A DNA stretch of 64,000 bases from Amphiscolops sp. MND2022 (lineage: Eukaryota), in assembly GCA_964187785.1 (NCBI GenBank), contig OZ076415.1, positions 27,094,001 through 27,158,000 on the forward strand. The letters run 5' to 3'. A model generated the notes under the pieces. It did not search any database. It worked only from the letters and a program-made list of their open reading frames with translations, and had not been told where the DNA came from. Shown piece by piece: positions 34,247 to 49,200 of the stretch (positions within the stretch are counted from its first letter, which is position 1; each line of letters starts with the position of its first letter). The translations under genes were made by a program, and so were the position numbers.

Positions 34247-37200
34247 ATGATAATGGACAGCTCACTGAAAACTAACTTCTATTCCCAGCTAGTGGAACGA
34301 TGTCTCAAGAGCTCACAGCTCAACATAGTCAATTTTTCTTTCCCAGATGAGCTCAAGAAGTTTTCTGACGTGGAACTCAAGAACGCATGTGAACAAGCAA
34401 TGAGAGATGCGTTATTCTCTAATGTCCAGTTGGGTCGCCTTGGCCAATCTGGATGTCTGGGGGTTATCCAAGTGTCTATTAGTCTAGTGCAGAGTTCGCA
34501 TTGCGCGCCTAATCTGCCCTTCATTCTCCTGGAAGACATGTTCGAATGTATAACAGTACCTGAATGCGAGACAGCATTCTCTTTCGTGGAAGACAACATT
34601 GAAGGTTAGCAGTTGGGGTGCCCCGTGTTTCTATGTCTCCCTTACATCGCAGTGGTTTTCTACAGACGTATCAACTCAAAACATGTGACCTGTGGTCCGG
34701 GTATGACGGAGCTAGCGGAAAATCACCCTAGAGACGACTCTAAGTCATCGTTTAACCTTTCAATTAGATCGTATAGTTTCTTCAATGAGACTACTAAGAG
34801 TACTGTTTTATATTCAATCGCAGATGACTTCTTTCTTCGACGAAGTAGTGTTATGTTTCGGAATACGCAAGTTGGTATTCCAAATAGGGTTTTGAAGTGT
34901 GAGGTGCGTTGCGTCTTTGAAGAGGAGCATCACAGAACGGATCTTGTTTCAGTTTGGAGACGCGAATCGATGCTACAGGCGGGCAAGAATTATCTCCTGA
35001 GAATGTGCAACAATCTTCTTCGCAGACTATCTACGTCCCGAAATACCGTTTTATGTGGCCGCATTCATCTATTCTTGGCTCATTTGCTGCCTCTGGACGA
35101 GAAAAGTGCTTTGAACATAATGGGCGCTTTCAACCTCGATAACATCACAATTTTTGGCAACGAAGCCCCCGAGGAAAAGACAACCGATGACAAAGCAATG
35201 TAATATTCATTCGAAACCTTCGAATTTGACCTTTTGATGTGAAAGTTTTGACATTTTCAATTACCCCCATTTTTCTTCGGTTGGAGTAAATTTGTTTCTA
35301 AATTCATCTCATAGTATTGTGAAAACACGTCTTGAGAGCTCAAATTAATCATGTCGAAATTTCGAGTGATATATCAGACCGACTTCTGTTGCGTCTATTT
35401 GACCCATTTCGAATTAAATATAAAGATGTTATTAGTGTTATTGGATGTATGCCCAGAAATGTTCATTCATGGATTGGGAACCCTGAAACCCATACATTCT
35501 ATTTATCCTTATTGTTTCGCAGGGAAGTTGATTCCAACGAAGTCAAAGAAAACGGCGATATTGGGAAGAAAGCTGAGCCAGCTGTGGATTATGCACTTTA
35601 CAAGAAGTTTTGGTCCTTGCAAGATTTTTTCCGTAACCCCAACCAATGTGCAGAGCGAGAGAAGTGGTTACTTTTTGCCAGTAATGCTGCCGCTGTGCTC
35701 AAAGTATTTTCTCAACACAAGTTGGAGAATGTGGCAATGAAGAAAAAACCAAACGAGTCGTCTGAAGCCATGGAGACAGAAGATGACAATATTCAAGTCT
35801 ATTTCGCAAAAAATTTAACCAGGTAATTTTCATTTGTTCCAATGTGTTGTCTGATTTCTGGTATTGGTTCTGTGAACGCTGGAATATTGTTGAAACCTGA
35901 TTGCTGTACCTTTCCGTCTGTGCAATTGACTGAAATTTGTTCTGAGAGTTGCCTTTGACGGTAATGCGATAGTAATATTAGTCCAAAAAGTATCCCACAT
36001 TCACTCTTTCATATTTCTAAGTAAGTTGGAATTTCATCTATATTTTTTTTCAAGCAAGGTTACTTAATTGTTCAACACGATTGCCAACCATCATCTGTTA
36101 TTACCAATTATTCACTGAGAGCTTTTAAAGTAGTGAATGCGGAAATGCAGTGGAAAGCGAGTTCATATTTTACGTATAGTTTAATTTTTCAGTTATTGAA
36201 GTACCAAAACTTTTAGTCCAAGATTGTGATGCTTTCAGTGAACCATATTCGGTTTGCACTCTTGCAAAATCTACCTGGAGTTGAAAGATGTTCATTTTTT
36301 AAAAAATGTTTCATCCCCAAAATGTGAGGAAATGATGTATACTTCGTGAAATTTTCGGAGTTGTAGAATTTCACTGAGCCCCAAAGGGGCTGAATTTGGG
36401 AGACTAATTATTCGCTGAGATCTTACCCCTCCCAAATAACGCCTCATGAAATCAATCGGTACTCCTCGACCATATGATTATAAAACTGGACACTTAAGAT
36501 CACTTTAGCTTGGAAGAGGAGTGCCGATTAATTGTTTTGTTTAATTTTGACTGGAGAATTATTGAATTTTTTTACTTGCTGATGATTTTATTTAATGGAG
36601 CTTATTTGAAATATTTGGACGATTCTCTGCTTTTCGGTGTGTGTGCGTGAATCTACCGGGAAGTGGTAATGAACCCCGAAATATCTCTTAGGGAACAATC
36701 ACGCGTTATTTGAAAATAATGGAATGTAAAAACAGATGAATCAATTTTCTTAATGCTGAAGGACTTTGACTAAGATCATATTCTTGTCTGTAGTTTTCCT
36801 TGCAATCTTTCAATCTTACATGGTTCAATACATTTGTATCGCGCCCTGTAATTGCACACTGCACAGAATACTTCACGATAAAAAAAATCACGGAGTCGTA
36901 TGGTTAGTGATTAGAACTTTGACTTGGGAAGCCAAAGGACGGGGTTCGAATCCCACTCAACAAAAAGTTTTCGAATCGAATTATTTAAATTATTTTCGAT
37001 TATAACGTATATAAAGTGATATAATCAGGATATAACCTCAATATTTCGGATGTAGTGCAATTTTTCCACCAATCAGGCGGAGATTGAGACTATATTAGTG
37101 ACATTTTTAGTCGGCGCTTCATGGAGTGAAACGCGACTATTATAGTGACTTTTTTTCTGTCCACACGAACTGACCAAAATAGTTCTTAAAAGTTCTACAA

Positions 37201-40200
37201 AATATTATTGCACCATTTGGCCTAGCGAACTGAACCAAAAAAGTTTTTCCTGTTTTTCCGCGTAACATACCATACCGGGCGAGACCAAAGGGTCCCCCTT
37301 TCAATTTTTTTTCGGCATTGCGACTTTTTTTTCGGAATTTTTCCCAAAGGGTCCACACTTCAATTTTTTGCTGTTTTGCGTCAGAATGGATGTTGGAAAA
37401 TCCCAAAGGGTACCCCCTTTCAGTTTTTTTCGGCACTGTGAGATGTATTTTCCGAAAATAAAAATTTTCCCCCTTCAATTTTTTGATGTTTTGCGACAGA
37501 ATGGATGTTGAAAAACCCCAAAGGGTCCCCCCTTCCAGTTTTTCGGCATTGTGAGACTTTCGAAAATTTGTTTCTTCTCCAAAGGGTCCCCCCTTCAACT
37601 GCGACAAAAATGTTGACAATTTCGGAAGTGTCCCCCTTTTAGCGCGCCAGGGGCTCGCGCTAGCGGGCCCCGGCGCGCCACTCGGACCATTTTTTTGCTT
37701 TTTCGATTTTCGAGTACTGTAAATTGACTCTTGGAAGTCCTTTTGCTATTTTTGAGCCTTGGATATGGCGCCGACTTGGGCCGGTCCCGGCTTGTTTATA
37801 TTACACATATAATTCTATCTACTTTCTAATTGTCGGATAAAACGTATAGAATTTGGCTATAATGTATCAGGTTGTTACAGATGTTTACTAATTTCGGCCT
37901 GAAATTTGGAAGCTTTCGAAGCGCTCCCTTTCGGCTAACTGAGTTTTTAATTTGTGACGAAACTAAAAGCTGAAGGAATTACCCCTTAGCAGTTTTTTCG
38001 GTCTATTTTTTTTGCTTTTTTCATGCTGCAAATAACTTTCCCTTTCTAATGCTTTGGTACTTTGTGGTACTTTGCAACCAATTAGGGAAAAAATCCCAAG
38101 TGCTTCCTCTTTTGATTTAATCGGCACTGTGCGACTAATTCATCAAAAACAGGCCGTTCGCGAATTTGAAAACCCTTAGGTTTTCCAAGTCCTCAGCGGG
38201 CGTCGACTTGGGCCAATCTCGATGTTACCCAATCGAATGTGTTAAATTCTTTCGTGATTCTTAGGAAAAGCCTTTGTCTGTAATCTACTGGGAAAACATT
38301 AATCCTCTGTAAAATATCTGCACTCTTTGGGTATTACACTAATTACAAAAGTCAATCAAATTATGAAAGTGGTAAATGAGTTGTTAGAAGGTGACCTTTT
38401 GGCCGCGTGCGTGGTTTCAGTCCTTTCAGACCTTGAGTCTTGAAATCACTTCTCTGATGGCCTCCGCCGCTGAGAGAAGGAAGTGCTAATGTATATCCAT
38501 TGGGCTCAGGTGCCTTGTATCCAAACGAAACAAAACCTGAGCCAGTCTTTGGCCTGTTGGGCTCATCCAGTCTCCATGCCCGCCGCATCATCAGGTCGAA
38601 ATAAGCATCATTGTCGATAGAAGCACTTATTCCTGAAATGCTAGATATTATAATTTTAAAAGGTCTACAAAACATCTCTCTCTTGGCCGACTTGCCCACT
38701 CTTTAACAGGAGCATATTACACTTGTTTTGTAACAAAAAGTGCCCGACTTACAGTGGCAAGTTTTTTGTCAGACCACAGACCTCACGCTGAATGGTCCAT
38801 TTTTAAAAACTTCACGTCTAAGCTCTAAAGGTGCTCAAGGAGGCCAAACGGTACTTTGAGTTTTTTTATAGTTTTACCGTATCCTCGTAACTATGGGGTC
38901 CCCTAAGGTTTTTTTCACCACTGCGACTTTTTTATTCAATAATTTTTTAAAATATATTCACTCATTTTTTTTATTCAATAAAAGGGTCTCCTTTGCTTTT
39001 TCCAGGTTTTCAATTAGGAATGGACGTTTTTTGAGCCTAAAAGATCACTTTTGGGTTTTTCGGCACTGTGCCACTTTATTTGAATGTTTTTTCATCTATT
39101 TGTACATTTTAATGTTTTCATTAAGAGAAAGTATTTGAGGATTTAGGTCACCCCTTTGGATATTTTTACCACTCCGAAAGTTATTAAAATTTTGAGCATT
39201 TCTGCAAGACTGCGCTTTTTGAGCTTTAAGCGGGGCGCCGATTTTAGACGTTTCCGTCTTTTTATTTTAGGATTTATGCAATGCTTAAATATTGGTTAAC
39301 AAAATTTTGAGTGGGCATTGTTTTACTGCGAGTTCAGATTTTAGAAAATGTAAATGATATCCAAGCGTTAGATATTTTGAAGATCTTGGCATGTTTTGTC
39401 ATACGCTGGAATCTAAGTTCGATTTCTGTTTTTCTTCGAAGCCTTCAATTTCGAAAGCAATTTTGCGTGAAACAACAGGTTACTTACCTGCATAATAACT
39501 CATGAATTCTTCTTTGGTAACTGTCCCGTCTTTGTTGTCTGGTGAATCAAACTTGTTTAAAAACTCAGTCAGAATTTGGTCCTCGCTCATTTCCCCAGTT
39601 TTGTATCTTTCGTCTTGAGTGACATCATACACTCCCTGATAATCAAGCAAATCAAAATACTTTTGAATCGTCTGAAACATTGCAATGGGCTATCAATTAC
39701 TTAATCTAATGAAAATGGTTCAAAGCATCAAATTCATGTTTTTAGCCGAACAAGTACTCTTCTGAATTATTCGCAGCCATTCAGATTTTCTTCAACTGGT
39801 TAATTTTAGTCCTTGTCCCATCATCAAAATGCTTATAACAAATGTTTTTATCAGTAGTATTTGAGCCAAACTCAGAAGTAATTAGTTAAGGTTTTGTAAA
39901 GGATTAAGTTTTGGGTCATTACTATCTACGGACTTGGATATGAGTAAAAAGATCAGAACAAGCCCAAATATGAAATCAGGAGTGTTTGGGAACAAACCTT
40001 CAAATCGTCGATTTCGATTGTCCCATTGTCGTTTTGGTCTAGCTTTTTGAAAGCGCGTTCAACTAAGGCTGTCCGTTTCTTATTTAAAGTATCGCCCCTG
40101 ATTTTAACCAGAAACTCGTCGAAATTGATGGATCCACTGTTGTCTTTGTCTATTTGTTTGAAAGCTTTTTCTAAGTCTTGTTTCGCCAGCCGTAGTCCAA

Positions 40201-43200
40201 TATCACGCACTCCTAGAACACAATGTTTCAAATTGTTACGCCTGTTTTTGAAGAAAAAATTAAGACTTCCCGGTGAAATGAATTTTACATGAGAAAGTTT
40301 TTTAGTAAAATTAAATTCGCTATCAGATGTGCCAGGGTTGGATAAATAACATGTGACCATAATGGTGAGTGAAACTAGTTCAATTGAAAATCATGAAAAG
40401 CTCAAACAAAAGATGGTCCGTCTCACCTGGCTCCAAAAGATCACGAGCTCGAAATTTTAGAGTCTGTTCCGGAAGGTGGGATAATAGTAAGCAAACAGTG
40501 AAGTCATCTTTTTTCCAGACAAGAATATCTTTTTAGTCGGCGCTTTTCGTAATAAAAAGTGTCCGACTTTCACAGTGGATTGTGTGCTCACCAATTCTGA
40601 ACCCGCCGGAGGACTTTTTTGGGATCTCTGATTTTAAGTTGCTAAAGGTCACTGTGGATATTGATGACTTTGCGCTTGCTGAGCCTGAAGTGATGTGCCG
40701 ACTGGAGACGTTCTCGTCTTGTTAATTGTTAACATTTTCCCAGCCATCATCTCATATTTACTTGAATTTGAATCTGAATTTATCTGCTATTCAATGAAAA
40801 GAACCGCAAGCTAATACAAATCATATACAATCATCAAATAACAGAACAGACTCCAAAGGCATATGGAAGGCTATATTAACAGAAGCCTGATAATAAGTAA
40901 TTCATAACATATCAAAACAAAAATATGAGGAATGGTAATTTTTTCTCATTTTTAAAGAATTAAATAAGGTAGGTAAGGAACCGTTTGATAATTTGTACTT
41001 AGTTGTATTTACTATTTCTGCGATAGCAGAAATATTATTGAAACCTCAAGATTTCCAATTTTTTGTTCAGTACAGTTTTTGTCGTGATACTGAAAAATTC
41101 AGATATTTTGTTCGGCAGTGAGTATAAGCGTGAGATTAAAATTTCCCAAGCTGCCGACAACAATTCGTTTCTCGTACGATGGAACGAGCGAGTGGTAATT
41201 ATGCATTCGTACGCCGATTTCATTGAGATGAAGCGAGCGAATGTTCGTAATTATGCTTTCGTACGCCGAGTTAATAAAATGAAGGTAACGAGTGTTAATT
41301 ATTCGTTCGCCGAGAGCTTCGCCTGCATTCAATTTGCGAATGCGAAACCTCGTCTTCGCCTAGTAGTTATATTTTCTTAAGTCCGTGAAGAATTAAAGAA
41401 GAAGATATGCTTCTGTTATTGAAGATGAAAGCCTAAAAGCAGAAATGATAGTGTGTCCCCGCACGGGCCTATTTTTAGTAGGCGTTTTCGAAGAAAAAGC
41501 ACGACTCCTTACAGTGGCTAGTTTTTTTTCGTCAGTTCAACGCGATCGGTCCACTTATTTTGTTCAACTTCTTGGCCGAGAGGATTTTCTGGGGTCTAAG
41601 AAGCAGGAGAGCGTGGGTTCGAGTCTCGCGTTAAACCACAAATTTTTTATGCTTCCAAAAGTAGAGGGGAGACCAAAGGGTCCCCTTTGCGGTTTTTTTC
41701 GGCAATATGCGACATTTTTCCGAAACTTTTTTTGAATTCTATCAAAGGGTCCCACCTTGAATTTTTTGAAGTTTTCGGTCTGTAAAAAACGTTTAATAAG
41801 CGTAGAGGGCCTCTTTTTGGGTTTTTTGGCAATATGCGACTTTTTTTTACCAAATACTTTTTGAGAAAAAAATTTTTCAAGTTTTTCCTATTGTTGTTCC
41901 TTGAATATTTTTGAGCCTTAGATGTGAAGTCGACTTGGGCCGTTCCCGGCTTGTTTCAACTTAGGGGACACAGATGCCTTTTGTGGTGAACCTGGTGTCC
42001 TTTGGGAACTCTCACAGAAAACCGTGCAACACAGTACCTACTTCGCGTAATGGTTACTAACAAGGGAGAACCCAGCAGACACTGCATAGAGCAGGCTGGG
42101 TTATGCCCGTCTTCCAATGCGATGACTACTTTCGGGTATAGCATTGAATTGCTTCGTTTTAAGTCATTTTTTTACTGAACACAAAATCAAGATCCCTATT
42201 ACCAAGGATAAAGTTTCTCAAAAAGTTATGACGGAAATGTTTTACTTACCACTTCATCACTCATAGATTTTATCAAGGTACAGTCTGGTAACATGGAAAC
42301 TTTTACCAGCTTGTTATAATAAAGTTCAGGTACTCGTTTGCATAATGAATGATTGAGTTTTTGGTTTTTCCGAAGGGAGCATGTACTTCCCTCCTAGTGA
42401 CTGATCTAAGTCCAAAGCCAACATCACTAAATCGGAGCTACCAGTTTTTTATCATGGACATGTTCAGATTTCACGCATCTAGTAATAGTTTTTAGCAGCT
42501 CTTTTACATGCAATTTGTAAACAGTTGGTAATTCATTCTCAACCATGAATTGATGGACACTGGCATGTTTAGGAAGAAAACATCGATCTGACTATTCATT
42601 TTTCAATTTTCAGAACGGGATCAAGATGCGAATGTGACGTACATCCATATTTTAGGACGCCGTATTGAACAAGTGGGGTTACGCGCGTTTTATAATTTGA
42701 CAACAATTGAGATCTTGCTAAGATTGTTCTCGCCCTCAGAACAGTGCAATTGCAAAACAACAATTTGTTTTTAACTCTAGCACAATGATCATTGAATGTC
42801 AACTTATCATCAATAACAATACCTAAGTACTTTGATCAGAATTTTATGAACTCCAAAATTCAATTCAAAGGGCACGTTATTACCAAATACTACTGTATTA
42901 GATTTATCCACCTTACATTTAAGTTTCTTCTCTTTCATCCATCTATCAATTTTCTCTATGGATCCATTCAATTTAGTGAGATCAAATGATGGAATTTTCT
43001 CTGATATAATTGTCATCAGCGAACAGGGTGAAATTTGAATCCACACTCAAAGGTATATCGTTCACGTATATAATAAAGAACAATGGCCCTAAAACAGACC
43101 CTTGGGAACACCACACTCAATATCAAGTGAATATCACATTTGTGCACCGACTTGTAAATATTGAGTTCTATTACTGAGATAGGACTTGAAGAAGAAGAAG

Positions 43201-46200
43201 AAGATTTATTATTATCATTTGTTGCCCGCAGGCTTACAAATTTAACGAACTAAACATTGTTTCAGCTGAGGTGTGTAGAAGCATATCATGGATAGCACCA
43301 CATAAAACAGAAAGATTTTTCAAGAGCTTTATATTATTGGTATTCATCAGCTGGTCATACTTGATAACATTCGGGGATGATTGATAAAGTCCGGGTAAAA
43401 GGATCTTACGTCTATTTTCAAACTTTTTACACGCAAACAGGAGATGGTACTCATCTGGAGTTCCTGGCAGCCCACATAGTGTACATTCTTCTGCCGGACG
43501 TCCTAGATATCGTGTTATTACTTTGGTTATTACTTTGAGCAAATTCTTAACAAGTCCGATGACGCCAAAATTATCCAGTTACTCAAGTAACTTTGAATGA
43601 TCTATTGTATCAAATGCCTTCTTGAGATCTAATAATACGCAACACGAAGGTGTTTTTAGTCGGCGCTGTATCCTTTTAAGGAAAAATGCCCGACTATAGC
43701 AGTGACCTTTTTTTTCAGACTACAATCCTCACACTGATCGGTCCACTTTTTAGAAACAATCCTGAAACCACCTAAGGCGCCAAGTCCGGCCAAGGGGCCA
43801 AGGCAAACTTAGTGCAAAGGGTCCCCCCTTTCGTTTTTTACTTTTTCAAGGTAACCTACAAAACCGACCGAGACTAAAGGGTCCCCCTTTTGATTTTTTT
43901 CGGCACTGTGCGACTTTTTTTTCGAAAATTTTTTAATGTCCCAAAGGGTCCCCCTTTGAGTTTTTTGTTATTTTGCAACAGAATGCATGTTTATAAATCA
44001 AAAAGGGTCCCCCTTTTTACATTTTTCGGCACTATGCGACATTTTCCGAAAGAAAAAAATTTCGAAAACTTCGAAAAAAGGTTTTTTCCAAAAAAAATGT
44101 TTTGCGCTTTTTGAGACTTAGATATAGCGCCGACTTTGGACGTTCCCGTCTTGTTCCATCTAGGCAGTATCTTATTTCTTCGATAACCGAAGCAATCGCA
44201 TCAACTGTCTTGTGTTTCTGACGAAATCCAAATTGTTTGGCATTTATCATTTTGTATTTCCGTAATTAACTCATCATCTTTTCATGCAAAAGGTGTGCAA
44301 AGACTTTAGCAATTGGTGACAGAAGAGCAATGGTATGATATGCAGCAGCTAGGTGAGACCTGTTTTTAAATGAAACAAAGTTTTTACTCAAATTCGAAAA
44401 TCCGTTTCTTTTGAAGTACAGAAGCGTTTTCAAATAACGTGACTCAAATAATAAGCCTTATTATAAGCCTTCCTGAGGAATTATTCTTGAAGATAGTCAG
44501 ATACGAATTTTTTATCTCGAAAATTACTTGGAATTCTTCTTAGTTTACAAGAATAAACATTAGAAATTGCTATTTTTGGCAGAATTCTATTCTAAATTTG
44601 AAAGTGAATTAGATTTTTTTTTCATCTGTGAATTAGATTTTCATGAACCCTTTCATGAATTCTATCACTCGAATTGGTTCGAAATTAGAAAAAGTACAAC
44701 CATTTTGTGCCCATGAGCACAAATGGCAGACTAATCCCCCAAACATACGTTCGCTCAACACCGGAACATTCTCAGTCTTATTTTAGCAACGCATACTAAA
44801 TTTGCATGAAAAATAAACGTTTCATTTTAATAAAGAAGAGTATGTTTATAAAGTGCCCCAGCTCTTCATTTCAAATTTCAGCATGAGAAAATCGTTCAAA
44901 GCTTGTAGAAAATTGATATTTGCTCAAAAGTTCGATAATGGAAGTTTTTGTATTTTGGCACTTAATTTTTAGGCACTTCTTTTGACATTAATTTACATAT
45001 ATCTAGATACATATGCTACGAACCTAATTTTTTCGTTGTTGGATTCTGTAGAAGGAAACTGTTTTGAGTATAAAATTAGAGCATTGTCAAATTGGGTAAA
45101 AAAATCTCCGGCTGGAGTAACCTTTAGAGAATTCGTAGAAGTCTAATTGTTGGTCTCCACTGTCATCGAAGTTGCGGAACACCCTTCCGAGGTCTCTGAT
45201 TCCAGAAGCACCTCTGCTCAAACATTGCCACTTGATCTTCTCTATGGGGTCCGTAGCCTTCTGCACCTCCACCAACGCCTTCTTTTTCAATTCCGATTCA
45301 TGTCTGTGTGTCGCAGCCATTCTTCGGAGCTCTTTTGGTTGAATATGTTGTTAATTCATGAGTCTGGTTCAACTCGAAAAGTGATGAACCTTGTAGTTTT
45401 TCTATATAAACTGGAACTCCGCCGTTTGGAATTTTTTAAGGCGAAGGTTTTCCGACCGAAGTATTTTTCAGAGGCAATCGGTACTCAATGTCTGTTTGTC
45501 CCGCTGCCAATGTACTACGATGACTGTAATATTACGTAAAGTGTTCAAATTGTATATTGATGACTATGTGTGTTTGAAATTTTATGTTGAGCTACTATAG
45601 AGAAAAAATGCGTTTTTGTAGAGTATGACTGCACCGTGAAGGAGCACGTGCTTCTATTCTCAGACTGAAACAAAGCCAAGTCAGTTTGGCTGAGGGGACT
45701 GATGCCTTATTTGTCCTATCTTTCTGCCAAAATTAAATCTATATTTCAAGACAGGGGATGATCGCCCAAGTCTCTATTTTTTACTGTTGTCCCGTTACAC
45801 CAATTAAGTTTTTATTAGCCTAAGCGATTTGATAAGACAAGTTTTACAATACCATTCCTTTGTCACACGGTGACCAAAGTACCGGATACATGAATTTCTT
45901 CTTGTTACTAAACCATTTTTCTGATTTTATAGCTTTCAACAGATTTTTATGATTATTCATGCTTAGAATCATTTGCGTGGAGCCAAATATTTCGCTTTCA
46001 TTGCCGTGAAATTATGCTCCTGAAGTGGCTTCAAGTAAATCCTGATTGAGAGCCTATTATGTGTCTATTCAATCACCCAATTTCGCAATTTTTGTTTTTT
46101 TTTTCAAGTCATCTTTTGAGTTGCTCAAGCACTATTGCTCTATTGTTCGGAAGTTTTTAGGAAGAAAAAGTTTTTGAAAAGCTTTTTGAACCAGGAAACC

Positions 46201-49200
46201 TTTCGGATAGCCATCAGTTTCTTCGGCAAGCAATCAAATGTCAAGAAAAAACATCCCTCGGTCGTGTGCAAAATTATGTTGGCTAATGTTTTTTCAATGT
46301 AGTTTTGCTGGGCTCCTTCCTCTCGTACTCTTCAGAAGGAAACAATAATTGCAGTCGAATAATTTGAAATGTGCAAATGGCTGTTTCAGCGAGAAGCTGT
46401 TCGATCTGCAGTTGGAGGATATCAACTTCAGGAGACACGTGCTGATCCAGATGCTGGTCCTCTTCCAGTACATCCAGATGAAGGACGTCAAATTCAAGCC
46501 CGCCTCTTTCCAGGCCATCTCCGATGACGTCATTCATTGGGTCAACAACACTCAAGAAAAGGTATTCACGGGGAAATTAGGCTCTTCAGGAACTTAACCA
46601 TTGTAGTCAACGGTTCAAGTATTTCTGAATTGAAATAAAAATCGCCGAGATTTTTTTTAGTTGGCGTTGTCTAGTTAAAATAGTAACTTCTCAAACTATT
46701 AAAGTAACTTTTTTTTAAAAAAATGAGAGACGAATGCGACATGGATATAGCAATTGGCCTAGTTACAGCTCTATTTTCCGAAGCAGGAGGGTGGGGTTTG
46801 GTTCCCCGCAGCCATCCTATTCTTTTTTCAACAATGTACCTCGTGTAGATCTTGCGCGTGTTCTTTTTTTGAAATTTTCGTTTTCCCGGCATTGTGCAAC
46901 TTTTCGAAAAAAATTCTGGGTTTCCAATTGGAGAAGAGTTTTTCGAGCCCAAAGGGTTCTCTGGGAATTTTTGGAATTGAGATTCATGACAATTATCATC
47001 GGAACCATAAACTTGAACATATTTAACAGACCTAGCGTTTTTTAGTCGGCGTTTTTCTAGGGAAAAGTGCCCGACACTTACAGTGGCTAGTTTTTTGAGG
47101 CTTCGAGCGAGCGAAGCGAAGCGACGAAGTCTCTATTGTTCCGCGTTTACTAGCGTTTTGGTTTTTTTTTTTCGCGTGACATACCCTCTGCATTTGTATT
47201 AATTGAAGGCTATTTTCTCAGAGCCTATTTTTCCGCGACCATCCAAACTTTCCAAAAAGAAACGCAACTTGATGCTCTTTCTAACCGTGTAAAAACTTTC
47301 CGAAAATTTTCCACCGGCGCGATTTTATTAGCTTCGAAAGCGCGAAATTTTCGAAAATTTTTGGGGTTTTTGTCGATTTTGCTATTTTTCTTTTCGCAAA
47401 CCACAGCGAATTGGCCCGATGTAGGTACTAACCGACGTAAAACGATGTTTTCTTTAATTTGGTGAAAGTTTTTTTATCCTAGAATTATTGGGCTTTGCGA
47501 AAATGACCATTAAAAATAGGAAAAATTTTCGGTTTTTTTGCGTAAAAAATTTCTCAACCTATTTTCAAGTAGCAATCAGTTCTAATCCAAGCAGTGGTGT
47601 TTCTACTCGATAACAGGTCTGCTTAGCTGCCCAAAGTTAGAAATTGGAAAGTCACAACGTTTACGTCGGACAGATAGAGACAAAAAAGTTTTCAAATTTT
47701 TTGAATTTTTGATAAATTGCTCTCTTTATTCAATTTTGTAAAAGTTTTGGCCTATTTTCTCGGAGCCTAATACTTCGAGACCATCCAAAAACTCAACAAA
47801 TTGTTGGAACTGAATTTGTTGGTGAAGATTTAAACGTTGTTGGATTTTCGGGCAGTGAGAAAATAGCGATTCAATATCGAAAATTTTTTTGGAACATAAT
47901 TTTTTTTCGAAAATTTTGGAGCTTTCACTAATTTTGCTCATTTCTACATTACAAACAACGTCGACCCGGCATAAAATACGTCCTATCCGACTTCTTTCAC
48001 ATGTTTAAAGTTTCAATGTGCTACATTTCTTGGTGGTTAAGAAAATGGCGATTGAAATTCTGAAAATTTACGTTTTTTCCCAATTTTTTCCAAGCTTTTT
48101 TCTGTTAATAGTTCTGTTAATTGAGCATTCTCGTGCCGTATATAACCTTAGCTATTCGTCATAGCTAATAACTTGGTAATATGGTTCAAATGCACATGAT
48201 GATAGTCAATTATGGCTGCGGGACCTGTCGCTCGAAGCCGTGCGCAAATTCCTTTGCGCCTATGTTTTTTCTTTTTTCCGTCAGACTACAATCTCACCCT
48301 GATTTGGCCACTTTTCTTACAATCGAAACTACTAAAACTTCTACCATAAGGCCAAGTCCGGTCAGCGGAACTTAGTGCAAAAGGGTCCCCCTTTCATTGT
48401 TTACTATTTCAACGTAACCTACAAAACCGGACGAGACTAAAGGGTCCCCCTTTCGATTTTTTTTCGGCATTGTGCGACTTTTTTTCGAAAATTTTTTAAT
48501 GTCTCAAAAGAGTCCCCCTTTCGAGTTTTTTGATATTTTGCAACAGAATATATGTTAATAAAGCCCAAAGGGTCCCCTCTTTTACATTTTGCGGCACTAT
48601 GCGACATTTTCTGAAAGAAAAAAAATCAAAAATTTCAAGTTTTTTTTCAAAAAATATTTTGCGCTTTTTGAGCCTTAGATATAGCGCCGACTTTAGACGT
48701 TCCCGTCTTGTTTAACATTGAGCGGGCGCCGGCTTGAGACGTTCTCGTCTTGTTACCTTGTGCAATCACTGTAGCTAAAACCTAAATGGTTTTTGCTCGC
48801 CTTTTGAAGTAAAAATCAAATTGAATGATGGTAATAAACCTTGGAATTCACTAAGAAAGAAAACATCAAGTGACACTGCGAAAATATTGTTTTGCTTTTT
48901 AAACAGGTATACGCCCTTCTAGAGGAAACTCCACCAAATGGATCTGAACTTGTGAAGACCTTGAAGCATATTCTATCACGCGAACTCATCTGGAACACGT
49001 GGAAGAACTCAGGGTGTCCTTCGTTTGTGAAGCACGCCGCCCCGGTTAATGAAGATGTTTCCATGAGTCCTGCCGCTAGTGGAACCACAAAGGCCAGAAC
49101 CAGACGCGCTTACATCGGAGACTCCTTCACCAACGATGGAATGCCGTCGGCCAAACGTGCAAATTTAGGTTAACTGTCATTTTTGTGAGCATTCCATGTT

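Larger units (their letters stand above)
42230..44460 (-). mobile_element. Degenerate L2/CR1-type LINE RT region, interrupted by two insertions
   Basis: On minus: QFGFRQKHKT, LDLKKAFDTIDH, KSYLSNRTQ, CGVPQGSVLGPLFFIIYVND (frameshifted), YKTRVTPLVQYGVLKYGC. Confidence 0.85.

Noticed and set aside
37140-37619. 159-aa ORF and similar K/F-rich ORFs (26069-26401, 27921-28244, 43890-44114)
   Set aside because: They read through family A/B central repeats and have no protein motifs.
39480-39492. TACTTACCTG matching the 5' end of U1 snRNA
   Set aside because: It is the reverse complement of the CAPSL exon 3 donor (CAG|GTAAGTA); no U1 body follows.
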